From Bdellovibrionota bacterium (GTDB lineage Bacteria > Bdellovibrionota > UBA2394), in the NCBI GenBank assembly GCA_049436045.1, contig JBMTHG010000001.1, positions 1-47,567 of the forward strand: DNA of 47,567 nucleotides, in the 5' to 3' direction. Positions within the stretch are counted from its first letter, which is position 1. Each line of letters begins with the position of its first letter. The translations under genes were made by a program, and so were the position numbers. Under the pieces are notes generated by a model that was not told where the DNA came from, made no database searches, and worked only from the letters and a program-made list of their open reading frames with translations. Shown here piece after piece: positions 17,222 to 26,303 of this stretch.

Positions 17222-19520
17222 TTAACTCATTTGCATCGGCAGCGGCGATTGTCGCCATATTCACAATTTCTTCCACAGAAGAGCCTTGTTGAAGAACATG
17301 CACAGGTTTTTTCGCGCCCAATAAAATGGGGCCAATCACATCAGCGCCAGCGAGGCGTTGTAAGAGTTTATAGGCAATATTACCCGCCGCTAAATTTGGG
17401 AAAATGAGAATGTTGGCTGCTGTTTTCAGCTCAGAAAATGGATAGCGAGCCAAAATTTCGCTCGTGACGGCCGTGTCAGCCTGCATTTCTCCGTCAATCA
17501 TGAGTTTTGGCATTCTTTTTCTGATCAACTTAATCGCCTCAATGATTTTTCTATTCTCCTCAGCGCCTGCTGAACCAAAATTTGAGAAGCTCAACATGGC
17601 CACTCGCGGTTCAACACCAAATTGCTGAACGCGCTCAGCCGCTTGCAGAGCGATTTCAGCTAAACATTCTGCGCTAGGGTTCACGTTCACCGTAGTATCT
17701 GCAAAAAATAAAACTCGATCTTTAACTGAAAGAATATAAAGACCTGCTGCAAATCGATATTTTTCTTTTAGTCCTATAATCTGCAAAGTGGGTCGAATCG
17801 TTTCAGGATAGCTTTTTCCAAGCCCAGAAACTAAGGCATGAGCTTCGCCTTTTTCTACGAGCATCAATCCAAAGTGAGTTCTTCGCTCTAATAGCTTTTG
17901 AGCTTCATATCGACTGAGCCCTTTTCTTTGCCGCATCTGGTAGAAGTCTTCAGCAAACTTTTCTCGTCTGGGGTCTCGATTGGGATCGACAATTTCTATT
18001 CCAGCTAAAGAAACGTGAACCTCAGCCGCTTGTTTCTTAATGCTTTGAGGGTCGCCAAGTAAAATGGGAGTGGCAATTCCATCTTCCACTAAAATTTGAG
18101 CCGCTCGAATAATTTTTGGAAGATCGCCCTCGGGAAAAACAATTTTTCGTTTCTGCTCTTTGGCCTTGATGATCGAGGCTCCTAAAATCTGACGAGATCG
18201 ATCGATGCTGTTTTTGAGATGGTTTCGATAATCCTTAAGGTTGATTTTCTTTCGCGCCACTCCGCTTTTCATGGCCGCTTCCGCCACAGCCGGAGCCACC
18301 CAATAAAGCGCTCTCATATCGAATGGCTTCGGAATCAGATAATCTGGTCCAAAATGAAAATGATCTTCTCCGTAGGCATTCGATACCGATTCAGGTACTT
18401 CCTCTTCCGCCAATTGAGCTAAAGCTTTCGCTGCTGCAATTTTCATTTCGTCATTAATGGCAGAACTTTCAACATCTAGGGCGCCTCGAAAAATATAAGG
18501 AAAGCCCAAGACATTGTTAATCTGATTGGGAAAATCAGAGCGACCAGTGGCAACCAAGGCGTCGGGTCGCGCTCGTTTCGCTTCATGATAATCAATTTCT
18601 GGGGTGGGATTGGCGAGAGCAAAAATGATCGGATTTTTACTCATGCCTTTAAGCATTGAGGATTTCACGATTCCTCCCACAGAGAGGCCGATAAAAACAT
18701 CCGCAGATTTCATGGCGGTTGTCAAAGAGCCCGATAGGCCCACTTGCGCGAACTCAGCCTTGAAAGGGTCGAGATCTTTTCGCTTAGAATGAACAATGCC
18801 CGCTTTGTCACAAAGAGTAATATTTTTTTTCTGAACGCCAAACTTCAACAAAAGACGAGCGCAAGCGATCGCGGCGGCTCCAGCACCACTGAACACAACT
18901 TTCACTTGCGAGGCTTTTTTCTTCGCTAGTTTTAAAGAGTTGATTAGCGCCGCGCATACGATGATCGCTGTGCCATGCTGATCATCATGAAAAACCGGAA
19001 TCTTGAGAGATTTTTTTAGTGCCTCTTCAATCTCAAAACACTCCGGTGATTTGATGTCTTCTAAGTTGATGCCCGCGACAGTGGGTTCCAGCATTTCACA
19101 AGCGCGAATAACATCGGCGGGCTCTGAAGCGTTTAACTCAATGTCAAAAACATTGATGTTTGCGAATTTTTTAAAAAGAACAGCTTTTCCCTCCATGACG
19201 GGTTTGGCGGCCAAGGGGCCAATATTGCCTAAGCCCAAGACGGCCGTTCCATTTGATACCACGGCGACGAGATTGGCTCGGCTGGTATAGTCGGCAGCCT
19301 TTCGCGGGTCTTTAGCAATGGCTAAGCTGGCGGCGGCTACCCCTGGCGTATACGCCAAAGATAAATCGCGTTGAGTAAGACAAGATTTGGTGGCGACCAC
19401 TTCAATCTTTCCGGGTTGTCTCTTACTGGATCGGCTTGTCGAGAACTCGTGATATTTTAAAGCTTCAGAGTCGGAGACCTTGAGGCTGGGTTTCGGTTTA
19501 GATTTGGATTTTTTCTTCAT
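17208..19520 (-). CDS. maeB: NADP-dependent malic enzyme (malic domain plus PTA-like domain)
   Basis: The 770-aa product has LSLAYTPGVA, FHDDQHGTAI and GAGAAA in the malic enzyme half, followed by a C-terminal phosphotransacetylase-like half. Confidence 0.9.
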   Translation of the reverse strand: MKKKSKSKPKPSLKVSDSEALKYHEFSTSRSSKRQPGKIEVVATKSCLTQRDLSLAYTPGVAAASLAIAKDPRKAADYTSRANLVAVVSNGTAVLGLGNIGPLAAKPVMEGKAVLFKKFANINVFDIELNASEPADVIRACEMLEPTVAGINLEDIKSPECFEIEEALKKSLKIPVFHDDQHGTAIIVCAALINSLKLAKKKASQVKVVFSGAGAAAIACARLLLKFGVQKKNITLCDKAGIVHSKRKDLDPFKAEFAQVGLSGSLTTAMKSADVFIGLSVGGIVKSSMLKGMSKNPIIFALANPTPEIDYHEAKRARPDALVATGRSDFPNQINNVLGFPYIFRGALDVESSAINDEMKIAAAKALAQLAEEEVPESVSNAYGEDHFHFGPDYLIPKPFDMRALYWVAPAVAEAAMKSGVARKKINLKDYRNHLKNSIDRSRQILGASIIKAKEQKRKIVFPEGDLPKIIRAAQILVEDGIATPILLGDPQSIKKQAAEVHVSLAGIEIVDPNRDPRREKFAEDFYQMRQRKGLSRYEAQKLLERRTHFGLMLVEKGEAHALVSGLGKSYPETIRPTLQIIGLKEKYRFAAGLYILSVKDRVLFFADTTVNVNPSAECLAEIALQAAERVQQFGVEPRVAMLSFSNFGSAGAEENRKIIEAIKLIRKRMPKLMIDGEMQADTAVTSEILARYPFSELKTAANILIFPNLAAGNIAYKLLQRLAGADVIGPILLGAKKPVHVLQQGSSVEEIVNMATIAAADANELNEKR

Positions 19521-19733
19521 TTTTCAACCTTAACTTTCATTCATCGCCCTTGCCCAATTCATAGCAATTTTAGATTTGGCAAGCAAAAATCAAATGTCGC
19601 TTTCGATTTATTGTCGACTCCAAGAATTCTAACCCGAAAAATGCGGGCAAAGCCATGGATTCGTTGACACTACTTTGACCAAAAAACTAATGTTTTTCTT
19701 TAGGTTAAGGATAAAGGTTTACAGGGGTTTAAG

Positions 19734-20270
19734 GTGGAAAGTTTTCAATCAGATTTTCAGCATGATGGAGCGGGGGCCTCTTCGAGTTTGAGCATGGAGG
19801 CTCGTTCGATTTTGCGCTCAATTCAAACAGAGAGCTCAAAACTGGAGCAGGCAAATTTGCTTGCTCGGTCAGATTTACACTATTTCAGAGCGCGCTTTAA
19901 TTATTATCGACTAAGTTTGTTAAGGCTATCACCCCATGAGCGCAGTGTTTTAGAGCCTATTTTGTCTCATTTTATGGAATTGATTGCAGCTCGGGAGGCA
20001 GAAAACCAAGAAAGTTTAAGCCCAAAGTTGCCGTCAACACCTCCATTTTTAGAATCGGTGGCGGAGAGACAGAAAAAAGAGCCGGTCGTTTTTGATGAAC
20101 CAGTGACAGCAAAGCCTGAGAGGCTAGAAGAGGCAAAAGTGGCCTGTGATATCTTGGGTAATCTTCAAGTGATTCAAATGGCCCTTCAGGCGCCAGCCTC
20201 TGCTTCGGGTAATCAGATTATTGCCAAGCAAATCTCTCATCTCATCCGAGAGCTTGAACAAAAATCTTAA
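19734..20270 (+). CDS. Hypothetical protein
   Basis: A GTG start has AGGGG 6 nt upstream. A TTGACA-18-TAATGT promoter-like pair lies about 60 nt upstream. I recognised no motifs in the product. Confidence 0.5.
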   Translation: MESFQSDFQHDGAGASSSLSMEARSILRSIQTESSKLEQANLLARSDLHYFRARFNYYRLSLLRLSPHERSVLEPILSHFMELIAAREAENQESLSPKLPSTPPFLESVAERQKKEPVVFDEPVTAKPERLEEAKVACDILGNLQVIQMALQAPASASGNQIIAKQISHLIRELEQKS

Positions 20271-20289
20271 AATTTTTCATGAGATTTCA

Positions 20290-20526
20290 AATGAAAGAAG
20301 TTGCAGATAGGAGGAGGAGGTCTCCTATCTGCAGCGTGAACTAGAATTTCGCATGACCAGTGGTGCGAGTGGTGTGGTGCGTTTGGCAAGGCGATATGAA
20401 AAGCCATGCGCAATTCTAGATTGTGATGGCAGCCCTAGTCCTAGTGGGGTTACCAATCATCCTCCTCAAATTTCAAAGAACAAAATTCAAATCAGGGAAA
20501 GCTTTAATAGACCCCCCTTAAGACAA
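20290..20526 (-). ncRNA. Candidate sigma-54-dependent small RNA (about 235 nt); ends are approximate
   Basis: It is bounded by a perfect sigma-54 promoter and a hairpin with a U-rich tail on the same strand. It contains a 15-bp stem with one mismatch (20405-20419 with 20341-20355) and has no ORF with a credible RBS. Confidence 0.45.
20302..20333 (-). terminator. Intrinsic-terminator-like hairpin (12-bp perfect stem, 8-nt loop ACCUCCUC)
   Basis: The sequence is TGCAGATAGGAG-N8-CTCCTATCTGCA. On the minus strand it is followed by ACUUCUUUCAUUUG. On the plus strand the tail is not U-rich. Confidence 0.55.
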
Positions 20527-20536
20527 TTCTAGAGGT

Positions 20537-20552
20537 TGCAAAAGCTGTGCCA
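20537..20552 (-). promoter_or_regulatory. Sigma-54 promoter, perfect consensus TGGCAC-AGCTT-TTGCA, with no downstream CDS
   Basis: The minus strand reads cTGGCACagcttTTGCAa, with the GG and GC dinucleotides at canonical -24/-12 spacing. It lies in the gap between convergent genes. Confidence 0.65.
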
Positions 20553-20647
20553 GATGCATGCCCTGAAAAATCTTGTAAAAATAGCGAGCCAGCTAACGAA
20601 TGGGGAGGCTGGTGTCCAGTTTTGGGGCATGAATGGGACTAAATTTT

Positions 20648-21289
20648 TTAAGCAGAGACGATCCAGCGGGCTAAGAGCATGGAGGGCGTCCAAATCAGAT
20701 TTCTCAAAATATTGATCGGCAAAAGTAAATCCATAAATATCAAGCCCAACAATAATAGAGAACCAAAGCGAGCATTCCAATTCTCGTAATTCAAAGAGCT
20801 TCGAAGAGGCAAAAGACGCGCCATAAGCGTAGACCCATCGAGGGGCCCAATCGGAATTAAATTAAAAAAGCAAAGTGCAAAATTAAGAATCATTGAAATC
20901 TGAAACAAAGAAATGAAGAAGCTCGAATAGTTTTCGCCAAAAAGACTTGCAACATTCCAGCGCAAAAGAAGCGCAAAACCAATTCCTAGAATCAAATTCG
21001 TCGCTGGACCAGCCCCAGCCACTAAAAACTCCGACCACTTTCCTCGCATCTCAGAGGGGTTGACGGGAACGGGTTTTGCCCAGCCAAAGCCTATAAAAAA
21101 AATCGCCATTGTTCCAAAAACATCGAGATGCACAAATGGATTGAGGCTCAAGCGACCGGCTCTTTGGGCCGTTCGATCACCCTGAGAGTAGGCGACGGCC
21201 GCGTGGGCCCATTCGTGAAAAGTGAGGGCCGGAATGAGCGCCGCTAACAAAAAAGGAAGTTGATCAAAGAATCCATCTCTAAAAATCAC
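20648..21289 (-). CDS. Site-2 protease family (peptidase M50) membrane metalloprotease
   Basis: HEWAHA (HExxH) sits in TM1 and NLIPIGPLDGS occurs later, in a polytopic protein. It uses a GTG start. Confidence 0.8.
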   Translation of the reverse strand: MIFRDGFFDQLPFLLAALIPALTFHEWAHAAVAYSQGDRTAQRAGRLSLNPFVHLDVFGTMAIFFIGFGWAKPVPVNPSEMRGKWSEFLVAGAGPATNLILGIGFALLLRWNVASLFGENYSSFFISLFQISMILNFALCFFNLIPIGPLDGSTLMARLLPLRSSLNYENWNARFGSLLLLGLIFMDLLLPINILRNLIWTPSMLLARWIVSA

Positions 21290-21405
21290 GCCTCTATAGA
21301 AGCTGATTCAATTCTAAGACTCAATGAAAAAGCAGGCTTGAGACTTCGAAAAATCGACTGAACCGCCGATAAAACACTGGATAAAGCCTCCGTTAAGCTG
21401 AGAGC

Positions 21406-21717
21406 ATGGAGTTGAGCTTGCTTTTTTCAAATCAGAACCTATGTTGTGAACAAGCAAGTTCAGAGAAAAACATGAAAGAAATTCTTCAAAAAGAAAAATC
21501 CTCTAAGAGAGAAAAATCACCGAATGCCGGCATGGTTCGAGTCGTTTTGTGTCGATCTTCAGATTGGAGTTCTCTCGGGGCTAAAAGTCTTCAGACGTGG
21601 ACTGATCCCTTTTATGATTTTTCGAAACCCTTGGAGATGATGCTCTCCGCAAGCATTGCTGAAGGTCAATATGACGGGGATTTCTTCATTATAAGCGATA
21701 AACCAAAATCGTTTTAA
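21406..21717 (+). CDS. Hypothetical protein (start may be ATG 21472)
   Basis: This rests on the ORF alone; I recognised no motifs. Confidence 0.35.
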   Translation: MELSLLFSNQNLCCEQASSEKNMKEILQKEKSSKREKSPNAGMVRVVLCRSSDWSSLGAKSLQTWTDPFYDFSKPLEMMLSASIAEGQYDGDFFIISDKPKSF

Positions 21718-21772
21718 GAGAAGCTCTCAAAGCACCTATCCAAGACAACTCAATTCGGTTAAAAATGAAAAG

Positions 21773-22204
21773 ATGCGAAGATATTCGGTAGCAGCAGGAA
21801 TTAGTTTTCATGAGGGGCGCATACTTTTGGGTCGAAGAATTCGTTCAGAGAGTCAGTTTGCCGGTTATTGGGAGTTTCCAGGAGGGAAAATCGAAGAGGG
21901 AGAGTCAGATGTTGAGGCTTTGAGGCGAGAGTTTATGGAAGAGCTCGGCGTCGAAGTCTTACGTCATCAGAGCTTTATTCAGTTAGAGTGGAAGTATCCC
22001 GATCGGATCGTTGATTTAAATTTTTTTCTTGTTGAGTTGAGCGAGGTTCAGCCAGCTCTATTAAAGAAGAATGCGCACAGTGAAATTGAATGGATGTCGC
22101 TAGAAAAAGCGATGAATTGCGAGCTTTTGCCGGCTAACGTCGAGGTTTTTCAAAAGATAAAATCTCAGATGCCAATCATTGAGAGATTCTTTGATAGAAA
22201 TTAA
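21773..22204 (+). CDS. mutT: NUDIX hydrolase, MutT-like
   Basis: The Nudix box GYWEFPGGKIEEGESDVEALRREFMEELGV is present. Confidence 0.8.
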   Translation: MRRYSVAAGISFHEGRILLGRRIRSESQFAGYWEFPGGKIEEGESDVEALRREFMEELGVEVLRHQSFIQLEWKYPDRIVDLNFFLVELSEVQPALLKKNAHSEIEWMSLEKAMNCELLPANVEVFQKIKSQMPIIERFFDRN

Positions 22205-23919
22205 AACTGATAAGTTAAAAAAACTTTGAAATGAGTTTCTGCGGGCTCTGGATAATCTGGATCTCTTTGTAAATTTTGTCTCAATAGATTTGAAACTTCT
22301 AAGGCCAGAGTCCATTTCAAAACCTTTAAAGTCGTTTTCAAGCTAAGGTCGAACTGTGAAGGAGTTTTTTGTTCAGAAAATAGACTGGGGCGAGTTGATG
22401 ATTGTGCGTTTAGAAGAAGAGCTAATGACCAGCTAGGAATGATCTGTAGCTCTGGGCTTAAGAAAAAACGATGCTTGGCCAAAAGAGGTCGAGCTTGGTT
22501 ATTGAGCTTTGAAAAAGTGAATGTGTAGCTAGATTTTAGCTGAAAGCCCTTCCAGTGAAAAAAATAAAGTTCATTTTCTATGCCCCAAATTTTAGACTTA
22601 GCTTCATTCACAGACTGATAAAAATCATTTTCGACTTCTTCAATGACAATCGTATTCGAAGTTCTCGCAAAGAAAAATGCTTGAGTGAGTTTCAATCCGC
22701 TCGCAGCCTTCCATTCCCAGCCCAAATCACCGTGAATGGAATTTTCTCGTTTCAGATTCGGATTGGGTCTGAAGTTGCCAACAGAATAATAGAGTTCATT
22801 GAAACTCGGAGCTTGAGATGAAAAGGCAATGTTCCAAAGAGTTGAAAATGTCGGGCTTAAAAAATGAATTCCCCCAACTCCAGGATGTGCTGATAACTTC
22901 GATTTCAAATCAGTCAGCCACTCAAATCGAAGTCTAGGATGAATCATTTGACCTGAAGCGGGATTCCAAAGAGCACTTGAAGATAGAGCAAAGCTGTGTC
23001 TCTGCTTTGAATCAAACTCAGACTGAAAAAGAATGTCTTGAGTCCATTCAATAGCATTTTGAAAACTGACTTGAGGGCCTAGCTGATAGCTATTTCGAAA
23101 ATCTGCTCCCGAATACCAAATTTGATTATGGCTAAGACTATCGACGAATTCATTTTCTTGAGTTTCAAATCGAGCCCAAGCGCTCCACATCCAATCGGCC
23201 GATCGACCTTGATAGGCGATCATGGGGGAGAAGCTTTGGAAGTGCTTTTGATATTGAGCCTCTAAATTTGAAACTGGCGGAGGCAGTTGGCGGTCAATGA
23301 GGCTCATATATGAAAAAAATCGATGATTGCCGATCTCTTGCCAAAAGCTGAAGTTCAGTCGAAGAGACTCATTCTGACTTCGCCTTAAAAAGCTTCCTTC
23401 ACTTTCATAGAGAAAATCATTTTTTGCACTCTCAAATGAAAAACTCGCATTGGGTACTCGCTGAAGAAGCGAGAAAAAATCATAAGATCCCCAGCCGATT
23501 CTTGTTTCAATGACTTTGTCAGTGGGAAGCCTGAAATGAATCTGGCCGCCTAGACTTGTTGAAAACGGGGAATAGCCACCTTGAATCATTTTGATATCTG
23601 AAAAACCAAGGCCAGAGATTTGGCTGAAATCATAAGTGCCTTGAGCAGGAGAATTCAAACGTATTCCCTCAATACTAAAGCTAATATTTTTGGACGATGT
23701 GCCTCGCATTGATAAGCTGCTAAATCGTCCGAAGCCGCCCGTGGATAAAACCTGCGATCCCGATAAAGTCTCAAGAGCTGATTTCAACTCGGTCTCTTTG
23801 GTCGGCAGAGACTTTTGAAAACTCGTTGGAGCATCAGGCACAAGGCTTTCAACACTCTGGGCGAAAAGATTCCCCGACATCAAAGACGCCAATATCAAAA
23901 TGATCCTAAACAAAAACAT
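22201..23919 (-). CDS. TonB-dependent receptor-like outer-membrane beta-barrel (small, BtuB-sized)
   Basis: ATG 23919 gives the signal peptide MFLFRIILILASLMSGNLFA. The plug region has LSMRGTSSKNISFSIEGIRLNSP...IKMIQGGYS, and the barrel ends in FLTYQF. Confidence 0.75.
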   Translation of the reverse strand: MFLFRIILILASLMSGNLFAQSVESLVPDAPTSFQKSLPTKETELKSALETLSGSQVLSTGGFGRFSSLSMRGTSSKNISFSIEGIRLNSPAQGTYDFSQISGLGFSDIKMIQGGYSPFSTSLGGQIHFRLPTDKVIETRIGWGSYDFFSLLQRVPNASFSFESAKNDFLYESEGSFLRRSQNESLRLNFSFWQEIGNHRFFSYMSLIDRQLPPPVSNLEAQYQKHFQSFSPMIAYQGRSADWMWSAWARFETQENEFVDSLSHNQIWYSGADFRNSYQLGPQVSFQNAIEWTQDILFQSEFDSKQRHSFALSSSALWNPASGQMIHPRLRFEWLTDLKSKLSAHPGVGGIHFLSPTFSTLWNIAFSSQAPSFNELYYSVGNFRPNPNLKRENSIHGDLGWEWKAASGLKLTQAFFFARTSNTIVIEEVENDFYQSVNEAKSKIWGIENELYFFHWKGFQLKSSYTFTFSKLNNQARPLLAKHRFFLSPELQIIPSWSLALLLNAQSSTRPSLFSEQKTPSQFDLSLKTTLKVLKWTLALEVSNLLRQNLQRDPDYPEPAETHFKVFLTYQF

Positions 23920-24015
23920 GAGAATCTCAGATACGTTAGGCAAGGACTGATGTCGAGAGACAATGCTCGACGCCTTCCATCAAATCCAGACTCGGGTTAG
24001 CTTTAAGATTCGGGG

Positions 24016-24705
24016 GTGGGGTTTATGGTTTCAGCGTTAATTTTAAATTTATTTCTGTTCAGCCAGATTCATGATCGTAACTGGAATGATGCAAAGGTGG
24101 GGGACTGTTTAACGGCAAAACAGCTTCAAGAATTTGTTGGAGTGCTTTCTCCCGAGGCCTATCTTTTAGGATCATGCGATCAGGATTATCCGCTTGATGG
24201 CGATGTATTTAAAGAGACTGTCTGTGAAGAGCCGCTGCACTTGGGCTCTTGGAGCCGAGAGATTAAAAAGCATAAAGAGCCCGGATTCTTTTTTCCAAAA
24301 CCTGTGCCCTGTCGTACTTCAGTAGCCTATCTCAAGGCGCATTATGAAGTTCCGGTAGAGGAGGATTTGCTTATCTGCTCCGATATATCTCCACGAGTTG
24401 CATACGAACAGTCTGAAGAATTTTTTACTAAGAAATATTCGGCTGGGCAGGGTGAAATTTATCTTCCAAATCCCTTAGTCATTATAAAAAATTGGCATGA
24501 TGAAATTTTGAGGCTGGACGCCTGTCATGAATCTCGTTTTCAAGTGGAGTACACGGGCTGGGGCAAATTCAGCGCACAAGTCGAAGAGTTGAATTGCCAA
24601 TCGGGCGTTGAGATTTTATGTCGGCGAGCCGATTTGAAAACTTCTCAAAATAAAGATGGCGAAATGTGTTTGGAGATCACGAAGATCACTGCCTGCAAAA
24701 ATTAA
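24016..24705 (+). CDS. Exported Cys-rich hypothetical protein
   Basis: It has a hydrophobic N-terminus (an ATG at 24025 is an alternative start) and about 10 Cys in the mature part. Confidence 0.5.
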   Translation: MGFMVSALILNLFLFSQIHDRNWNDAKVGDCLTAKQLQEFVGVLSPEAYLLGSCDQDYPLDGDVFKETVCEEPLHLGSWSREIKKHKEPGFFFPKPVPCRTSVAYLKAHYEVPVEEDLLICSDISPRVAYEQSEEFFTKKYSAGQGEIYLPNPLVIIKNWHDEILRLDACHESRFQVEYTGWGKFSAQVEELNCQSGVEILCRRADLKTSQNKDGEMCLEITKITACKN

Positions 24706-24841
24706 GAGTTCATTTCGAGATTTCGACCAAAGAAAGATGAAAAGCTGAAATGGGGCAGATAGATTCCCCAAAACTGCCCCATATAAGTCGCGTTTTGCTC
24801 GAAGAGGCTAAGTGATTTCAATGACTTAGGCTGTTTTCGCA

Positions 24842-24857
24842 GGGCACAGGCCTTGCA
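24842..24857 (+). promoter_or_regulatory. Sigma-54-type promoter gGGCAC-AGGCC-TTGCA upstream of the S41 peptidase
   Basis: The GG/GC spacing is canonical, and only the first T and position 7 deviate. The -12 GC lies just 16 nt before ATG 24872. Confidence 0.45.
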
Positions 24858-24871
24858 TTTCCTATTCCTCG

Positions 24872-26278
24872 ATGAGGAATTTGAGAATTATTAGCATTTC
24901 AATCTTGGCGGCGCTGCTGGGGAGTTTTTTTCAACCCAGCTTCGCCAATGGATTAGAGTGCGATGATTTCAAGAAGATTGTGGGCTTTGTTCATCAAGAG
25001 CATTTGAGATTTCAAGCAGAAGATTTTGTCAACGTTCCACGACTCATCGAGGAGGCTCTTCATCGTATTCCCGAGGTTCTACGAGAGAGCGGCGCTTTCA
25101 TTCTCGCGACGCAGTTCGAAAAAAACTACAAACAGCGTTTTCAAAATCTGCATCGCCTGCCTCTTGAAGATTTTTGTGAGCAGCTTCAGCACACGAAATA
25201 TCGAGAGTCTTTTTTGAAGGCCTACGTGGGCTCTTTGGATCCCTTTAGTGAGTTTTATTCAGAAGCTGAAATGCAAACCAAGACGTCGGTTGTCGATGGA
25301 CATTTTGTAGGAGTGGGAATTGGAACAAAAATTCATGATACCTTTGTGGAAGTGACGGAAGTCGTTCCCGAAGGACCCTCAGATGGAATTCTAAAGACTG
25401 GGGATAAAATCACTCATATCGATTCAAAGAAAGTTAGAAAAATGTCTCAAAGTGATTTGCGCCAAAGAATTCGAGGAGCTCTTCATAGCGTCGTTGATTT
25501 CGAAATTTTGAGAGAAGATAAATCTTTAAAGCTTCAAGTCAAAAGAGACTATGTTTTTCAAAAATCCATGACTCATAAATGGTTCGAGAAAGATATTTTA
25601 AATATCAAAATTCACCGATTTTATGCTCAGACGGCGCATGAGATTCAGCGGCTTGTCGAAGAGAATCGCGCTCGAATCCGAGGGATCATTTTCGATCTAA
25701 GAGATAATCCAGGGGGATTATTGCAAGCTGCTCGAGATGTAGTTGATCTTTTCGTTGATCAAGGCGTGGTCGTACACCTTCGAGGCCAGTATGCCGATCA
25801 ACTGTTAGCCCTCGGTTCTAAAGATTATCTTGATATTCCACTTGTCGTTTTGGTGAATGAAAGATCGGCGAGTGCCTCAGAAATCTTAGCGGGAGCTTTG
25901 CAGGATTATGGCCGGGCTCTTTTAGTGGGATCAAAGACTTTTGGAAAATCTTGTGTGCAAAATGTTTATGACACCGATCAGTCGATTGGAACTCGGTATC
26001 GGGCCGGTCTAAAACTCACAACACACTGGTATTATCTTCCCTCTGGAAGAAGCGTTCAAAATTTAGTTCCTGATATTCTTGTGGCTTCATCTGAGGAGGC
26101 TTCAGAAAATCGAATCGAGATGCCATATCCCTGGCCCCAGAAAATTGAAGTTTTTCCTTTTTACAATGAGAGCAAAGACCTGAGGTCGCGCTTGAAAGAA
26201 TTAAAAGATAAACTGATCGGAATCTCTGAATCAGAAGAGCTCGGCAAAGCCCTGCTTCGTCAACTCGCTCAAATCTAA
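24872..26278 (+). CDS. S41 family C-terminal processing peptidase (Tsp/CtpA-like) with a PDZ domain
   Basis: It has a signal peptide, a PDZ region (GDKITHIDSKKV), FDLRDNPGGLL, the catalytic region NERSASASEILAGAL, and TFGKS. Confidence 0.85.
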   Translation: MRNLRIISISILAALLGSFFQPSFANGLECDDFKKIVGFVHQEHLRFQAEDFVNVPRLIEEALHRIPEVLRESGAFILATQFEKNYKQRFQNLHRLPLEDFCEQLQHTKYRESFLKAYVGSLDPFSEFYSEAEMQTKTSVVDGHFVGVGIGTKIHDTFVEVTEVVPEGPSDGILKTGDKITHIDSKKVRKMSQSDLRQRIRGALHSVVDFEILREDKSLKLQVKRDYVFQKSMTHKWFEKDILNIKIHRFYAQTAHEIQRLVEENRARIRGIIFDLRDNPGGLLQAARDVVDLFVDQGVVVHLRGQYADQLLALGSKDYLDIPLVVLVNERSASASEILAGALQDYGRALLVGSKTFGKSCVQNVYDTDQSIGTRYRAGLKLTTHWYYLPSGRSVQNLVPDILVASSEEASENRIEMPYPWPQKIEVFPFYNESKDLRSRLKELKDKLIGISESEELGKALLRQLAQI

Positions 26279-26303
26279 TAAACTCTAATAAAGAAAAATC
26301 AAT

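Noticed and set aside
20353-20532. A 59-codon plus-strand ORF (MTSGASGVVRLARRYEKPCAILDCDG...) inside the convergent gap.
   Set aside because: It has no SD within 20 nt of the ATG. It runs antisense through the promoter-proximal part of the candidate sRNA, and its composition is unremarkable. The stems and minus-strand promoter/terminator explain the region better.
21407-21422. TGGAGTTGAGCTTGCT, with correct GG/GC spacing, upstream of ATG 21472.
   Set aside because: The -24 half matches only TGG (CAC is replaced by AGT). It also overlaps the alternative ORF start at 21406. I keep it only as a weak candidate.
23920-24015. A possible cobalamin riboswitch upstream of the BtuB-sized TonB-dependent receptor.
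   Set aside because: The leader is under 100 nt, with no B12-box-like GCCACTG and too little room for the riboswitch. Only a 6-bp hairpin (GTCGAG-N8-CTCGAC) is present.
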